A stretch of 64,000 bases of DNA from Candidatus Enterousia sp. (GCA_045613345.1 JAZLAT010000005.1:3588-67587); one strand, 5' to 3'. Shown: positions 34,125 to 44,757, counted from the first letter of the stretch. A program made the numbers and translations. Notes: generated from the letters alone by a model not told the origin.

Positions 34125-35882
34125 TTATATATCCAAATCTCTGTTTTTAATTTTACTCTTTAGATTTTGAATAAAATCATCCAGTTGGACATTAAATTCT
34201 TGTTTTCCATCACGACGTCTAACCGATATTGTTTGTGATTCTAATTCTTTGTCACCAACAATAATCATGTACGGAATTTGTTGCAATTGTGCATTACGTA
34301 TCTTTTTCTGCATGCTTTCCGAAGAATAGTCTTTTTTGATACGTAATCCGGCTGTAGCAGTTTTTATTTCTACATCTTGTAATTTTGCTACTATGGTGTC
34401 TGCATATTCCTTGCATCGATCTGTAATCGGAATGACCACCGTATGAACAGGTGATAACCAAACCGGTAATTTCCCGGCCAAGTGTTCCAACATTAACCCC
34501 ATAAACCGACCCAACGAACCGTAAACAGTTCTGTGCACAAGAATAGGTGTTTTCTTATTGCCGTCTTTATCTATGTACACACAGTTAAAGTTTCTAGGTA
34601 ATTGGAAATCTAGCTGTATCGTTCCTGTCTGCCATTCACGCCCCAAACTATCAACCATTTGAATATCTAATTTTGGACCGTAAAATGCGCCATCTTTTTC
34701 TTTGATGCCGAATCCATTATTACCGAATCGGTTAACCAATATTTTTTTCAAAATGGTTTCAGCCTTGTTCCAAGTTTCAATATCACCCATAAAATCGTCA
34801 GGTCGAGTTGATAATTTGATAAAGTATTTCATATCAAATAACTTATAGTAATATTGAATTATATCAATAATCCGATTATATTCATCTTCTATCATATCTT
34901 CACTGATAAAGATGTGAGCATCGTCTTGATTAAATTCATAAGTTCTGAACAATCCATTCAGTGCCCCAGAATTCTCATAACGATACAGCATATCTGCGTC
35001 AGCCATGCGCCAAGGTAAATCGTGATAACTTCTTGGTTCATGTTGGTACGCGACAATAGAATTCGGACAAGACATTGGTGCCAAAGCAAATACATTATTA
35101 TCATCTTCTTTGAACACAAACATACTATCTTTGTAATGATCCCAATGTCCACTTGTCACATACAGGTCTTTCTTGTTCATCAAAGGGGAACGAAATTCAA
35201 GATAACCGTGTTTTTCGTGATATTCTGACCAAAAGTTATATAATTCGCGATAAACAATCCAACCATTAGGCATATAGTATGGAACACCCGGGGATCTTTC
35301 ATCAAAGAAGAACAGCCCAAGTGCCGGACCAATTTTTCTATGATCGCGTTTGGCGGCTTCTTCCATCATTTTCAGGTGTGCGTCTAATGCATCTTTGTTT
35401 TCGAATGCGTCAACATAGATGCGTTGCAACATTTTGTTTTTAGAATCGCCCTTCCAATACGCACCGGCAACATTGCGTATTTTGAAACCATCGCGTGGCA
35501 AGTCTTTGGAACTTTCAACGTGTGGCCCACGGCACAGGTCGGTAAAGTCGCGGAAAGTATAAATCGATAAATCTTCGCCCGCGGCATCATATTCATTCAG
35601 CCATTCCATTTTATATGGTTGATTTGCAAAAATTTGTTTTGCTTCATCAAGTTTGACAATTCTTTGTTCGAACCGACCATTTGATTTAATCAATTCGCGC
35701 ATTTCCTTTTCAATTTTTGCAAAATCTTCTTCGGAAAAGCGATGTTCTGTATCAAAGTCATAATAAAACCCGTTTTCAATCGCCGGACCACCCGCGAACT
35801 TTACATCCGGATACAGTTTTTGCACCGCCGCCGCCATTACGTGCGCCAACGAGTGCCGAATCATTTCAATTGGATAAGACAT
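34125..35882 (-). CDS. thrS: threonine--tRNA ligase lacking the N-terminal TGS domain
   Basis: 585 aa. Begins at the editing-domain MIRHSLAHVM motif. CRGPHV, QDDAHIF, HRTVYGS and an anticodon-binding C-terminus. Confidence 0.95.
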   Translation of the reverse strand: MSYPIEMIRHSLAHVMAAAVQKLYPDVKFAGGPAIENGFYYDFDTEHRFSEEDFAKIEKEMRELIKSNGRFEQRIVKLDEAKQIFANQPYKMEWLNEYDAAGEDLSIYTFRDFTDLCRGPHVESSKDLPRDGFKIRNVAGAYWKGDSKNKMLQRIYVDAFENKDALDAHLKMMEEAAKRDHRKIGPALGLFFFDERSPGVPYYMPNGWIVYRELYNFWSEYHEKHGYLEFRSPLMNKKDLYVTSGHWDHYKDSMFVFKEDDNNVFALAPMSCPNSIVAYQHEPRSYHDLPWRMADADMLYRYENSGALNGLFRTYEFNQDDAHIFISEDMIEDEYNRIIDIIQYYYKLFDMKYFIKLSTRPDDFMGDIETWNKAETILKKILVNRFGNNGFGIKEKDGAFYGPKLDIQMVDSLGREWQTGTIQLDFQLPRNFNCVYIDKDGNKKTPILVHRTVYGSLGRFMGLMLEHLAGKLPVWLSPVHTVVIPITDRCKEYADTIVAKLQDVEIKTATAGLRIKKDYSSESMQKKIRNAQLQQIPYMIIVGDKELESQTISVRRRDGKQEFNVQLDDFIQNLKSKIKNRDLDI

Positions 35883-36075
35883 AATAAAATCCTCTTTATG
35901 TTTTTATGTTTAATTTTTTGCTTTGTGATTATATATAAGTGTGCGAAAAAACGCAAACAGAATTTATCGTACCCCCGCAGGGGTCGTTGTTGTAAATGTA
36001 GTCGTCAAAAATACACAAATCTGTTGCATAACGACAGTTATCTTATTACTTTTTTAACAAAAAGTCCAGGTTTTT

Positions 36076-36999
36076 TTACGGGCACTCTGCCAATTGCTTC
36101 AAGACATTTTGAACATCATAATTTATTGAAACAGTAATATTGCGATTCAGTCCATCACGATATGTCCATATAAATGGTGAAGCGGCAAAATCAGGACTCG
36201 CGTTCCATGCATCAACAAATGGTGATAACATCGCCGTAAACCATTCGCGTCCCCGACACAAACAACCATTACGCACATCGGCAATTACTGACGCAGTTGC
36301 AGTATCTCCGTATTGCGCGTCAATTTCCGCATCGGTCGTCATCAAACACCGATTTCCAATATGATAGAAATTCGCATCATCCGACATAAATTTGTATATC
36401 AACCCATCCGATGCACCCGCCCGACGCAAAGAATACGCCATACCTTCGGTGCAACAAGCACGCCCGGAATTCATCAGCATTTTATAGCGTGCAACCAACG
36501 GCGCCGCCGCATCAGAATTTGCGTCTATTTCACCGGCGATACCTAAATTTGCCAAAAATTCATTCATTTTATCATCGCGAATTTTCGGACTGCGCGGCGA
36601 AACATTTTCACGAACAATCGGCTTGCTGCGCCATATTTCGCATTCAGATTCAGTATCAAAAGGACAACCATCATTATTGAATACTGTATCAATCGCAACC
36701 GTCATATCTTGGGTATCATATTGCCATACATCTTTGTCCGAGTACTTCAAATTTAACAGTTCTTCAATCCTTGCGCGTGTGTCCATGGCATCGGTCATTA
36801 TATCATTATATAGAGAGACCAATTCATCATTATCATATTGTAAATAAAACTCTGGTGTATCCACAGTATCCAAATGTACTTCGGTCAATTCATATTCAAC
36901 GCCCGCCGCGTCGCATTCAGTGTCAACGCAATCAGAACATAATGCCGGCACCACACACATGCACAACACCGACGATAAAAATAAAAATTTAATCTTCAT
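36076..36999 (-). CDS. secreted Cys-rich acidic protein, unknown function
   Basis: Start trimmed to MKIKFLFLSSVLCMCVVPALC. Many Cys and acidic residues. No family recognised. Confidence 0.55.
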   Translation of the reverse strand: MKIKFLFLSSVLCMCVVPALCSDCVDTECDAAGVEYELTEVHLDTVDTPEFYLQYDNDELVSLYNDIMTDAMDTRARIEELLNLKYSDKDVWQYDTQDMTVAIDTVFNNDGCPFDTESECEIWRSKPIVRENVSPRSPKIRDDKMNEFLANLGIAGEIDANSDAAAPLVARYKMLMNSGRACCTEGMAYSLRRAGASDGLIYKFMSDDANFYHIGNRCLMTTDAEIDAQYGDTATASVIADVRNGCLCRGREWFTAMLSPFVDAWNASPDFAASPFIWTYRDGLNRNITVSINYDVQNVLKQLAECP

Positions 37000-37150
37000 A
37001 ATACAGAATAATATCACAAAAAGCGTCTTTTTAAAACATAAATTTACACATCTTTTTTATATTGCGATTTTTCGCGTTTTCAGTTACATTTGATTATGAA
37101 TATATTCTTACCTTATAAGAATGTAAACATCTAAACCAAAAGGAACAAAC

Positions 37151-37966
37151 ATGAAAAAAACTCTTATGAAATTATCAGGATACGCATTGGGTGCAATTGT
37201 TGCGATGCCGGCGATGGCGGAAAGTTCTAATTCTTTTCCAACGGGCTTGCAGTTGGGTGTAGGTTTATCCGTGACATCGGGTTTGAACGGATTTGTTGGA
37301 TATGCAAATAAAAACTTTGATTCTTTTTGGTGGAAACGTTTGGGTATACGTTTGGATTTTGCAACAACTTCTCCACTGCGTTCGACAATCGATTCTTTGA
37401 CAGACAAATATATGGGCGATAAAGGTATTGAAGTTGATGATGACCTGCGCATAAAAAGTGGCGTATTAAAAGCAAAACATGTTGCGGCATTGGTCGACCT
37501 GTATCCATTTGGTGACACTTGGTTCTTGGGCGGTTGGCGTTTAACCGGCGGTTATTATGCCGGAAATTTTGATATCACGGCACACATCACTAATTCTGGT
37601 GGCTCTGATGTTGAGTTTGAGTTAAACAGACAAAAGTATAAATACACAGATCCTAATGCTAATGCCAAGGCAAACGGTGATTGGAAATATCATGGTCCAT
37701 ATGTTGGAACCGGTTTTGATTTGGGCTTTGGATGGGGATTCAAAATGTACATGGATATCGGTGTAGTATTCACCGACAAAGCCGCACAACTTGGACTTGA
37801 TATTCCAATCGCCGGGCTTAAAGAATGGAACGGCACGACGTGGATTGATGCAGATTCAGACAATTTGGCTAACAATGAAAAAGAAGCCTTGAAAAAAGCT
37901 CAAGACGAGTTAGATAAATATAAATATTTCCCAATAGTAAAGATTGGATTTATGTATCGGTTCTAA
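37151..37966 (+). CDS. outer-membrane beta-barrel protein
   Basis: Signal peptide MKKTLMKLSGYALGAIVAMPAMA. Beta-strand alternation and C-terminal IGFMYRF. Confidence 0.72.
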   Translation: MKKTLMKLSGYALGAIVAMPAMAESSNSFPTGLQLGVGLSVTSGLNGFVGYANKNFDSFWWKRLGIRLDFATTSPLRSTIDSLTDKYMGDKGIEVDDDLRIKSGVLKAKHVAALVDLYPFGDTWFLGGWRLTGGYYAGNFDITAHITNSGGSDVEFELNRQKYKYTDPNANAKANGDWKYHGPYVGTGFDLGFGWGFKMYMDIGVVFTDKAAQLGLDIPIAGLKEWNGTTWIDADSDNLANNEKEALKKAQDELDKYKYFPIVKIGFMYRF

Positions 37967-38017
37967 AAAACATGCGCCACTTGGCGCATGTTTTTAATAC
38001 CCCATATACAAGGCATA

Positions 38018-39589
38018 CTATTTTTTCAAATAATTCGCCGGGTTATATGATTTTGTACCTTTACGAATCTCGAAATGCAGTTGTGGTTTTGTTACCTTGC
38101 CGGTTTGACCAACAGTACCAATCTTTTGTCCAACTGTCACGTTTGTTCCACGACGCACCGCCATCGACGCCATATGCGCATAAACCGTCATAAATCCGTC
38201 TGCATGTTGAATAATAACCAAATTTCCCATGCCACGCACTTCATTTCCTGCATATGCAACCACTCCATTTTCTGCGGCCACAACCGATGTACCCAATGTC
38301 GCAGAAATATTTATTCCGTCATTATACAGCCCACCAGTCTTGGCACCATAGTGCGACAGCACCGTTCCACGAACCGGCCAAGTAAATTTATTTGATGACC
38401 GCGCCGCAATTTTTGGTGTCGTTTTTTCCGCGGGTTTGGTCACGGCTTTTGTTTGCGTTTTTTTTGTTGAATTTTTTGTTTGTTGGTTGGTTTTAGTTTC
38501 CTCTGGCTTGGTTTGTTTTGGTGTCACGGGCTTGGTTTCGACTTTTACCGTTTTTGTTTCGACTTTTTTCACATCTGGTTTGGGTTCAACCTTTTTGGAT
38601 TCTTTTACTTCTGCTTTTTTATATGGCACCGATTCGGTCTTTTTTGTTTCAACTTTTTTCACATCCGGTTTTACGGTTGGCAAATCAGGCACACGCAAAG
38701 TCTGACCTGTATTCAATGCAAACGGCGCGCGCAAATCGTTCATAACCGCCAAATCATTGACCGGCACCGCATAAGTGCGCGACAAAGAATACAATGTATC
38801 ACCACGCGCAACCGTAATTGTCTTTAACGGCACCCGCACATTTTCGGACTTTGCCGACGCGGATTTAATCGCGGGTTGCGACACCGATTTTGCTTCGGGT
38901 TTTGATTCTGGCTTGGGTTCTGGTTTCAGTTCATTTTTCAATTCAGGTTTTGGTTCGGATTTTGCAACAACTGGTTTTTGCTCGACGGGTTTCTGTGGCA
39001 ATTTTAATGTTTGACCGATACGCAGGCTGTAAGGCGATTTTAAATTATTTTCCGCCGCCAATGCATCAATTGTCGTGTTATTTTCGCGCGCAATCGCATA
39101 CAGTGTATCACCGCGTCGCACAATTACTGTACCCGCCGTTGCCCGCGCCGGCACAACCAATTCATCGTTTTGATATTCGGGAACATCCAATACATCTTCG
39201 GGTTCTGGCTTTGGTTCCTGTGGGTGGGCGGTTCCTGTATCGGGTACGATTTCTGGTTCAACCGATTCGGTTTCATGTTCTGATTCTGGTTGCGCGGGTT
39301 CCGGTCCCGGTTCCGCCGGCATAGTATAATCGTCAATATTTGCATAGTTCACATATTCGTCCATATCAACAGAACCATACAATTCTGGGGACGCATACAC
39401 ACCATAATCTGACACCGCAGAATTATAAATCTCGGGTTCTTTATCAGGATCCGCCAACATAGCGGGGTATCGTTCATAAATAAAATCACCGATGACATCG
39501 GGTATAGACGCAATTTTCGGCTGTAAATCACAGGACGCCAAAAAAGCGCCCATTGCAATAACTGCAATCGCCGAAAAGAAATTTTTCAT
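38018..39589 (-). CDS. LysM + M23 peptidase lipoprotein (NlpD-like)
   Basis: Lipobox FLASC. Two LysM repeats (VRRGDTLYAIARE..., VARGDTLYSLSRT...), a Lys/Pro/Glu-rich linker and a C-terminal M23 domain (HADGFMTVYAHM, QLHFEIR). Confidence 0.88.
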   Translation of the reverse strand: MKNFFSAIAVIAMGAFLASCDLQPKIASIPDVIGDFIYERYPAMLADPDKEPEIYNSAVSDYGVYASPELYGSVDMDEYVNYANIDDYTMPAEPGPEPAQPESEHETESVEPEIVPDTGTAHPQEPKPEPEDVLDVPEYQNDELVVPARATAGTVIVRRGDTLYAIARENNTTIDALAAENNLKSPYSLRIGQTLKLPQKPVEQKPVVAKSEPKPELKNELKPEPKPESKPEAKSVSQPAIKSASAKSENVRVPLKTITVARGDTLYSLSRTYAVPVNDLAVMNDLRAPFALNTGQTLRVPDLPTVKPDVKKVETKKTESVPYKKAEVKESKKVEPKPDVKKVETKTVKVETKPVTPKQTKPEETKTNQQTKNSTKKTQTKAVTKPAEKTTPKIAARSSNKFTWPVRGTVLSHYGAKTGGLYNDGINISATLGTSVVAAENGVVAYAGNEVRGMGNLVIIQHADGFMTVYAHMASMAVRRGTNVTVGQKIGTVGQTGKVTKPQLHFEIRKGTKSYNPANYLKK

Positions 39590-39620
39590 ACCCAAATTAT
39601 ATCACAAAAAATCATAAAAC

Positions 39621-39652
39621 CCAAAACAAAACCCCACTCAATCGGGTGGGGA
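39621..39652 (-). terminator. intrinsic terminator after the hemolysin-III gene
   Basis: Stem ccccac (39632-39637) / gtgggg (39646-39651), with a U-rich tract on the minus transcript. Confidence 0.5.
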
Positions 39653-39675
39653 AAATGCAATTAAAAAAATTGTGA

Positions 39676-40425
39676 CTATGCCATATCCAATATCGAGCCA
39701 TAAAGAACGGCGAAAAAGAAACACACTGAACCGGCAATCACAAACAAATGCCATATCGCGTGCGAAAACTTTAATTTCCGCCAAAGATAGAATATTACAC
39801 CAATACTGTATGACAATCCGCCCGCCAAAATAAACCACAACCCCCGCGCGGGAATATGTTTAATCATTGCCGGTAATATAAACAGCAACGTCCAACCCAT
39901 AATCAAATACAGCGCCACAACCCACTTTGGTTGCTGGTGCGGGTTACGAATTTTTACAATTGCTCCCCAAATCACAATCGCCCACAAAATTCCGAAAACT
40001 GTCCACCCTAAACCGCCGCGTAAATTTACCAACAAAAACGGCGTATATGTGCCCGCAATCAGTGCATAGATTGCAACACTGTCCCATACTTCAAAGAAAC
40101 ATTCGCTTTTGCGCCCGATTGTAATGTGGCACATTGTTGATCCGAAATACAGCGATAACATCGTTGCACCAAAAATTGCACAGGACACAACCGTCCATGC
40201 GTTGCCATAAATCGCCGCGAACACAACCAACAAAGTCAAACCCGCAATAGCAAGTCCAATGCCAATTCCATGTGTTAAAACATTCATTGCTTCTTCGGCA
40301 CGCGTTGACCGGCGTTCCCACCGAAACAATCCCGTCGCACGCAAAACGCGCAACAACATGGATGCATGCTTATCACGCCGCACCTGTTTTAATTTTGTTC
40401 TAACAACTTTCCTGTCCTTGGTCAT
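39676..40425 (-). CDS. hemolysin III / PAQR-family membrane protein
   Basis: Seven TM segments. EEAMNVLTHGIGIGLAIAG and HLFVIAGSVCFF motifs. ATGA overlap with the gltX stop. Confidence 0.88.
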   Translation of the reverse strand: MTKDRKVVRTKLKQVRRDKHASMLLRVLRATGLFRWERRSTRAEEAMNVLTHGIGIGLAIAGLTLLVVFAAIYGNAWTVVSCAIFGATMLSLYFGSTMCHITIGRKSECFFEVWDSVAIYALIAGTYTPFLLVNLRGGLGWTVFGILWAIVIWGAIVKIRNPHQQPKWVVALYLIMGWTLLFILPAMIKHIPARGLWFILAGGLSYSIGVIFYLWRKLKFSHAIWHLFVIAGSVCFFFAVLYGSILDMA

Positions 40426-42026
40426 AATAAATCCTTTATCCTTTTAATAACCCGTTCAGAACCCATGACTTGCATAATGGAATACAAATCCGGAGTGTTT
40501 GTGCGACCCGCAACCGCGACGCGCAAGTTCATTGCCACATCGCCATTTTTAATACCGAACCGATTCGCAATCTCAACAATTTTATTCCACCAAGTGTCTT
40601 TATCATCCGCGACATTAAACGTTTCCAAAAATGCACGCAACACATCGTGGTTATATTGGTATTCAGTATTCGGCACAAACAATTCATCCCAGAAAAATTC
40701 CACGATTTCCAATGTCTGTTTCCAAGTAATAAAGTCCTTGCGCACGCGTTTCGGGTTATCGCGCTCAATAGCCAGAACCCGCGTCAGATAATCCACATCC
40801 GCGATTTGCAATTTCCGTTTTTCATCGCCATATTCGCGCGCCCAATTCACAACCGCCGCGGTTAAATCCGCAACCGACATCGCACCGATATATTCTTTGG
40901 CCCACCATTCCAATTTCTTCATATCGAACAACCCGCCCGACATAGGAATCTTTTTCGGTTTCATTTCATATTCCCAGAAATTTTTAACCGCACCTTTTAA
41001 TTTTGCTTCCTCGTACCCAGATGCCAAAATATTCCCCAAATATTCAATCACTGCATCGGTCGGCCAACCTTCTTGTAAAAAGAAAGCAACATTACTTTCC
41101 GGGTCTTTGCGCTTTGACATTTTGCGTTGTTTGCCCGTTTCCGCATCAATTTTATCTAACGTCGCCGTATGAATATAAATTGGTGGTGTCCATTCCATCA
41201 TACGAAACAATTGATAATGCAATGGCAATGACGGCAACCATTCTTCACCACGAACGACATGCGTTGTTCGCATAAAATGGTCATCGCACAGATGCGCAAA
41301 ATGATATGTCGGTAAACCGTCATTTGATTTAATCAAAACCAAATCTTCATTATTTTCCGGGAATCCAATAGAACCACGCACAGCATCTTTACAGAAAATA
41401 CGCCGCGATGGATCACCCGTTGAATACAAACGAATTGTTGGAATTTCACCATTATCCAGGTGTTTAATAATATCTTCTTCGCTTATATCCCGGTCCCGCG
41501 CGAATTCGCCGTAAATACCGGTTGCAAAACCCGCAGCGGTTTGTTCAGCACGAATTTTTTCCATATCATCGGCGGTCAAAAAGCACGGGTAAGCCAATCC
41601 GCGACCAAGTAATTCCGCCGCGACACTGCGATAAATATCTTTGCGCATGGATTGAAAATAAGGGCCATATTTTTCATCATTATTATATACCAATCCGAAA
41701 TCACGCATAGCATTTTTTACAACATCAACTGCCCCAGAAACTTCCCGCTTTGTATCCGTATCTTCGATACGCAGCATAAAAACCCCACCAGATTGATTTG
41801 CCAATTTATAATCAATCAGCGCACCATACAAATTTCCAACATGCATAAAACCCGTGGGACTTGGCGCGAAACGCGTCACCATTGCACCATCGGGCAGGTT
41901 CCGCGGTGGAAATTTTTCCTCCAGTTCCGATAATGTATATTTCGGTGCACCGCCCAGAACGCGCGCGATTAAATCCTTGCTCAAACCATTTCTCATATCA
42001 AATCCTTGTGTTTTTAATATTTGCAT
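40422..42026 (-). CDS. gltX: glutamate--tRNA ligase
   Basis: RFAPSPTGFMHVGN (HIGH) and KMSKR motifs. 534 aa. Confidence 0.92.
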   Translation of the reverse strand: MQILKTQGFDMRNGLSKDLIARVLGGAPKYTLSELEEKFPPRNLPDGAMVTRFAPSPTGFMHVGNLYGALIDYKLANQSGGVFMLRIEDTDTKREVSGAVDVVKNAMRDFGLVYNNDEKYGPYFQSMRKDIYRSVAAELLGRGLAYPCFLTADDMEKIRAEQTAAGFATGIYGEFARDRDISEEDIIKHLDNGEIPTIRLYSTGDPSRRIFCKDAVRGSIGFPENNEDLVLIKSNDGLPTYHFAHLCDDHFMRTTHVVRGEEWLPSLPLHYQLFRMMEWTPPIYIHTATLDKIDAETGKQRKMSKRKDPESNVAFFLQEGWPTDAVIEYLGNILASGYEEAKLKGAVKNFWEYEMKPKKIPMSGGLFDMKKLEWWAKEYIGAMSVADLTAAVVNWAREYGDEKRKLQIADVDYLTRVLAIERDNPKRVRKDFITWKQTLEIVEFFWDELFVPNTEYQYNHDVLRAFLETFNVADDKDTWWNKIVEIANRFGIKNGDVAMNLRVAVAGRTNTPDLYSIMQVMGSERVIKRIKDLL

Positions 42027-42040
42027 TTTATACTAATATT

Positions 42041-42685
42041 ATGGAAAAACAAGAAATAAGAACTTTTGGTCGCCGCCACGGCAAAAAATTATCCGCCCGC
42101 AAAGAATGGCTGGTGGAGCATGTTTTGCCCGACCTTGCTCCACGTGCGGATGAAAAAGCCGACATCTTGGAAATCGGGTTCGGTGCAGGCGAACACTTGC
42201 GCGATCTTGCCATCGCAAACCCCAACAAAATAATTATCGGCGCCGAACCTTTTGTGAACGGCGTTGCCGCCCTGCTCTCGGCTATGTGTGATGACGAAAA
42301 CCGCGTGCGTGATGAATACAGAAACATTCGCATTTGGCCTGACGATGTGCGATTGTTACTGGATTCGACCGATTCGCAATTTTCTGAAATATGGATTTTG
42401 CACCCCGACCCATGGCCCAAGGCACGACATGAAAAGCGCCGATTGTTGTCCGCAGAATTTCTGAATAAATTGACCGAACATTTGGCGCACGACGGGAAAA
42501 TAATCATCGGCACGGACCATTGGGAATACTATGAATGGATTTTGGAACAAGTGTCCAACACGAAACTTATACAAAACAATTCGGATATTGAAATCATAAA
42601 AACCAGATATCAACAAAAAAACATGGCGGGAACATCCGAACCGAGATACATTATTTTATCATGCCAACGGGCGAAAAACTCGTAA
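42041..42685 (+). CDS. trmB: tRNA (guanine-N7)-methyltransferase
   Basis: Start trimmed to MEKQEIRTFGRRHGK. EIGFGAGEHL and HPDPWPKARHEKRRL. Confidence 0.88.
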   Translation: MEKQEIRTFGRRHGKKLSARKEWLVEHVLPDLAPRADEKADILEIGFGAGEHLRDLAIANPNKIIIGAEPFVNGVAALLSAMCDDENRVRDEYRNIRIWPDDVRLLLDSTDSQFSEIWILHPDPWPKARHEKRRLLSAEFLNKLTEHLAHDGKIIIGTDHWEYYEWILEQVSNTKLIQNNSDIEIIKTRYQQKNMAGTSEPRYIILSCQRAKNS

Positions 42686-43339
42686 CATGGGTATTAAATT
42701 CGGACAAATTTTCTGAACCATACGCAAAACCTGGCTGACCCGCATAAGATTGTTATCAAACATCATATGCAAATCACACCCCGCATCCCAACTGTTCAAC
42801 ATTTCAAATACACGCCCGACAAAATCAGACTTCACATCAAAGTCATCACCGTGTGCAATCAACAACAACGAATCGGCGCGCAGTTTTTTTATAGCACTAA
42901 ATATAACCGCCCAATCGGGAGCAACTTTATTATCCACATCTATTGCAATTGAAAGATGCCGTTGAAAAAACAAATCATCACGAACAGACAAAAATTCATC
43001 TACAAATTGTAAAATTTGGTTCAATGGGACAAAAATTTGCGCCCCCGTTAACCCATGTTTAAATTCGGTATTAATCGCAGTTGCCAAATTTGACATCGCC
43101 ACATCCGCATCCACATTATCCGAATTAAAATCGAATCGCCCGATAATTTTAATATTCTGTTTTTCAACCCAAGGCCAAATTTTGCCGACAACACCGCAAG
43201 GCACAGACACGGTTTTAATACCATTTGTCCCCATAAAATCAACCATTGCCGCCAAATCGGTTTCTTCATTTCGGTCATCCCGAACCCACGCACAAGTAAT
43301 TGCACCAATATCATCAAAAAGATACTTTGTATTTATCAT
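42659..43339 (-). CDS. hypothetical protein (possibly aldolase-type TIM-barrel-like)
   Basis: Start trimmed to MINTKYLFDD. 226 aa. Only a weak resemblance to the DeoC-like pattern. Confidence 0.5.
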   Translation of the reverse strand: MINTKYLFDDIGAITCAWVRDDRNEETDLAAMVDFMGTNGIKTVSVPCGVVGKIWPWVEKQNIKIIGRFDFNSDNVDADVAMSNLATAINTEFKHGLTGAQIFVPLNQILQFVDEFLSVRDDLFFQRHLSIAIDVDNKVAPDWAVIFSAIKKLRADSLLLIAHGDDFDVKSDFVGRVFEMLNSWDAGCDLHMMFDNNLMRVSQVLRMVQKICPNLIPMLRVFRPLA

Positions 43340-43382
43340 AACACTTTTTACTTTATCATAAATGTGATATAATTTAAATGCT

Positions 43383-44240
43383 ATGAAAAGAAATTTTGAT
43401 AAATTTTTATTAGGGCTTTTATGGCTGATGACTGTTGCATTGGCACTGACATTCTGGATGAATATAAAATATGGTTTCAATGTATTGTCGGGGGCACATT
43501 GGCAATACCTGTCATCACTCCAAGCGGCACGCGCAACAATAAAGCCCGAATTTTACATATCACTGGTTATCGGAATTTTTGTCGGAGTTTTTGGCATGTA
43601 TTTACTGGTACGACCAAGACCGATTCGCACACCAGAAGTCTCGGTTTCCGCCCCCCCGACCATCATACAACCACAACCAACAACAAACATCACATCCCCA
43701 ACAGTACCGGTCAGACCCAAATCCCCATCGGGAATACGCAACGCTGCGCCACGTCCGCAATATCATTCTGCGCCGGCAACGAATGTGTCGCCTGCACCGG
43801 TGGCAAAATTGAATGACAACCCTTTGGCAAACGAAATATCAAAAGTATTTGAATTATCTGAATATATTGTAAAGCCATGTAAAAAACTCGGGCGATTGAT
43901 AAATCCTGTTGTTGCATTGGGCTATGATAATACAGTCTGGATTGGCACATCAAATACATCTTTGATGGATGTTCAAGATGCAATTCAAACGCTGATTGCG
44001 ATTTTTGATGACACATTGGGTGACACCGCAAACGATATGTCTTTGCGCGGATGCGTGATAAATTCGACAAATTCTGGAAATGATTATCCTGATTTAATAT
44101 CCACATTTAATAACATTGAAGAATTTTCAGACTTTATAAAACAACATAAAAACGAAAAACCGGCTGACTTTGACGCCGAACTGTTTGACGCCGTATCAAC
44201 ATACATAACAACCGTCATTGGATACGCAGGTAAATCATAA
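43383..44240 (+). CDS. two-TM membrane protein with Pro-rich linker and ~150-aa C-terminal globular domain, unknown function
   Basis: TMs LLGLLWLMTVALALTFWM and ISLVIGIFVGVFGMYLLV. Linker PPTIIQPQPTT...PAPVA. First gene of a coupled cluster. Confidence 0.6.
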   Translation: MKRNFDKFLLGLLWLMTVALALTFWMNIKYGFNVLSGAHWQYLSSLQAARATIKPEFYISLVIGIFVGVFGMYLLVRPRPIRTPEVSVSAPPTIIQPQPTTNITSPTVPVRPKSPSGIRNAAPRPQYHSAPATNVSPAPVAKLNDNPLANEISKVFELSEYIVKPCKKLGRLINPVVALGYDNTVWIGTSNTSLMDVQDAIQTLIAIFDDTLGDTANDMSLRGCVINSTNSGNDYPDLISTFNNIEEFSDFIKQHKNEKPADFDAELFDAVSTYITTVIGYAGKS

Positions 44241-44743
44241 TGTCTTGGACCGCGGCAACCGCCGAAAAACGTATAAGTGATTTAGGAATGCCGGATATGC
44301 CGGTTGTTTCTATAACCCCGACTTTGACACGAGTGTCCCCAGATTGGTTTCGCGAATATAAAGAAGCATGCCACAATTTTATGCGAAGCCTTACTGATTG
44401 TGTGCAAGAATTGGCGCTTATGAATTTAACGCGTGAAGAATTTATGGAATTGGTTATGGGGCGGCAAATACCCGGAAATTTATCAATAAGGTTTCGTGTA
44501 CCGCTGATATGGGGTGGACGTGTCGAACCAGACAACCTGTTTATGTGTGCGACATTTCCACAATCACAAAATTTAGACAGATTCATAATTGAACAATCAG
44601 GTAATGACACGATATGGTTACCGAATCCTGAAAAGAAAATATATTTACCGATTCATTCTACACTGGCGGGGAACGGTGGTAACGCGGTTGCCGACCGGCT
44701 TAGTCAAATGGCGGCGAACATCGCGGCGAATCGTCGACCTTAA
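44240..44743 (+). CDS. 167-aa protein with an HNH (beta-beta-alpha-Me)-like segment lacking the catalytic His
   Basis: ATG overlaps the upstream TAA by 1 nt. RFRVPLIWGGRVEPDNLFMCATF parallels the HNH pattern HHIxPxxxGGxxxxxNLxxxCxxCH, with His replaced. Confidence 0.55.
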   Translation: MSWTAATAEKRISDLGMPDMPVVSITPTLTRVSPDWFREYKEACHNFMRSLTDCVQELALMNLTREEFMELVMGRQIPGNLSIRFRVPLIWGGRVEPDNLFMCATFPQSQNLDRFIIEQSGNDTIWLPNPEKKIYLPIHSTLAGNGGNAVADRLSQMAANIAANRRP

Positions 44744-44757
44744 TAAGGAAGCAATAA

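Noticed and set aside
38440-38960. Repetitive DNA in the NlpD-like gene (KPDVKKVETK repeats) and in the SPOR gene (33300-33640, PAPAP tract), considered as non-coding repeat elements.
   Set aside because: Both lie in frame inside well-supported genes and encode low-complexity linker regions between recognisable domains.
42026-42041. The 14-nt gap between the divergent gltX and trmB start codons, considered as a special bidirectional regulatory site.
   Set aside because: No recognisable motif fits in 14 nt. It more likely reflects tight packing with promoters embedded in the neighbouring coding regions, and either start could be an internal Met.
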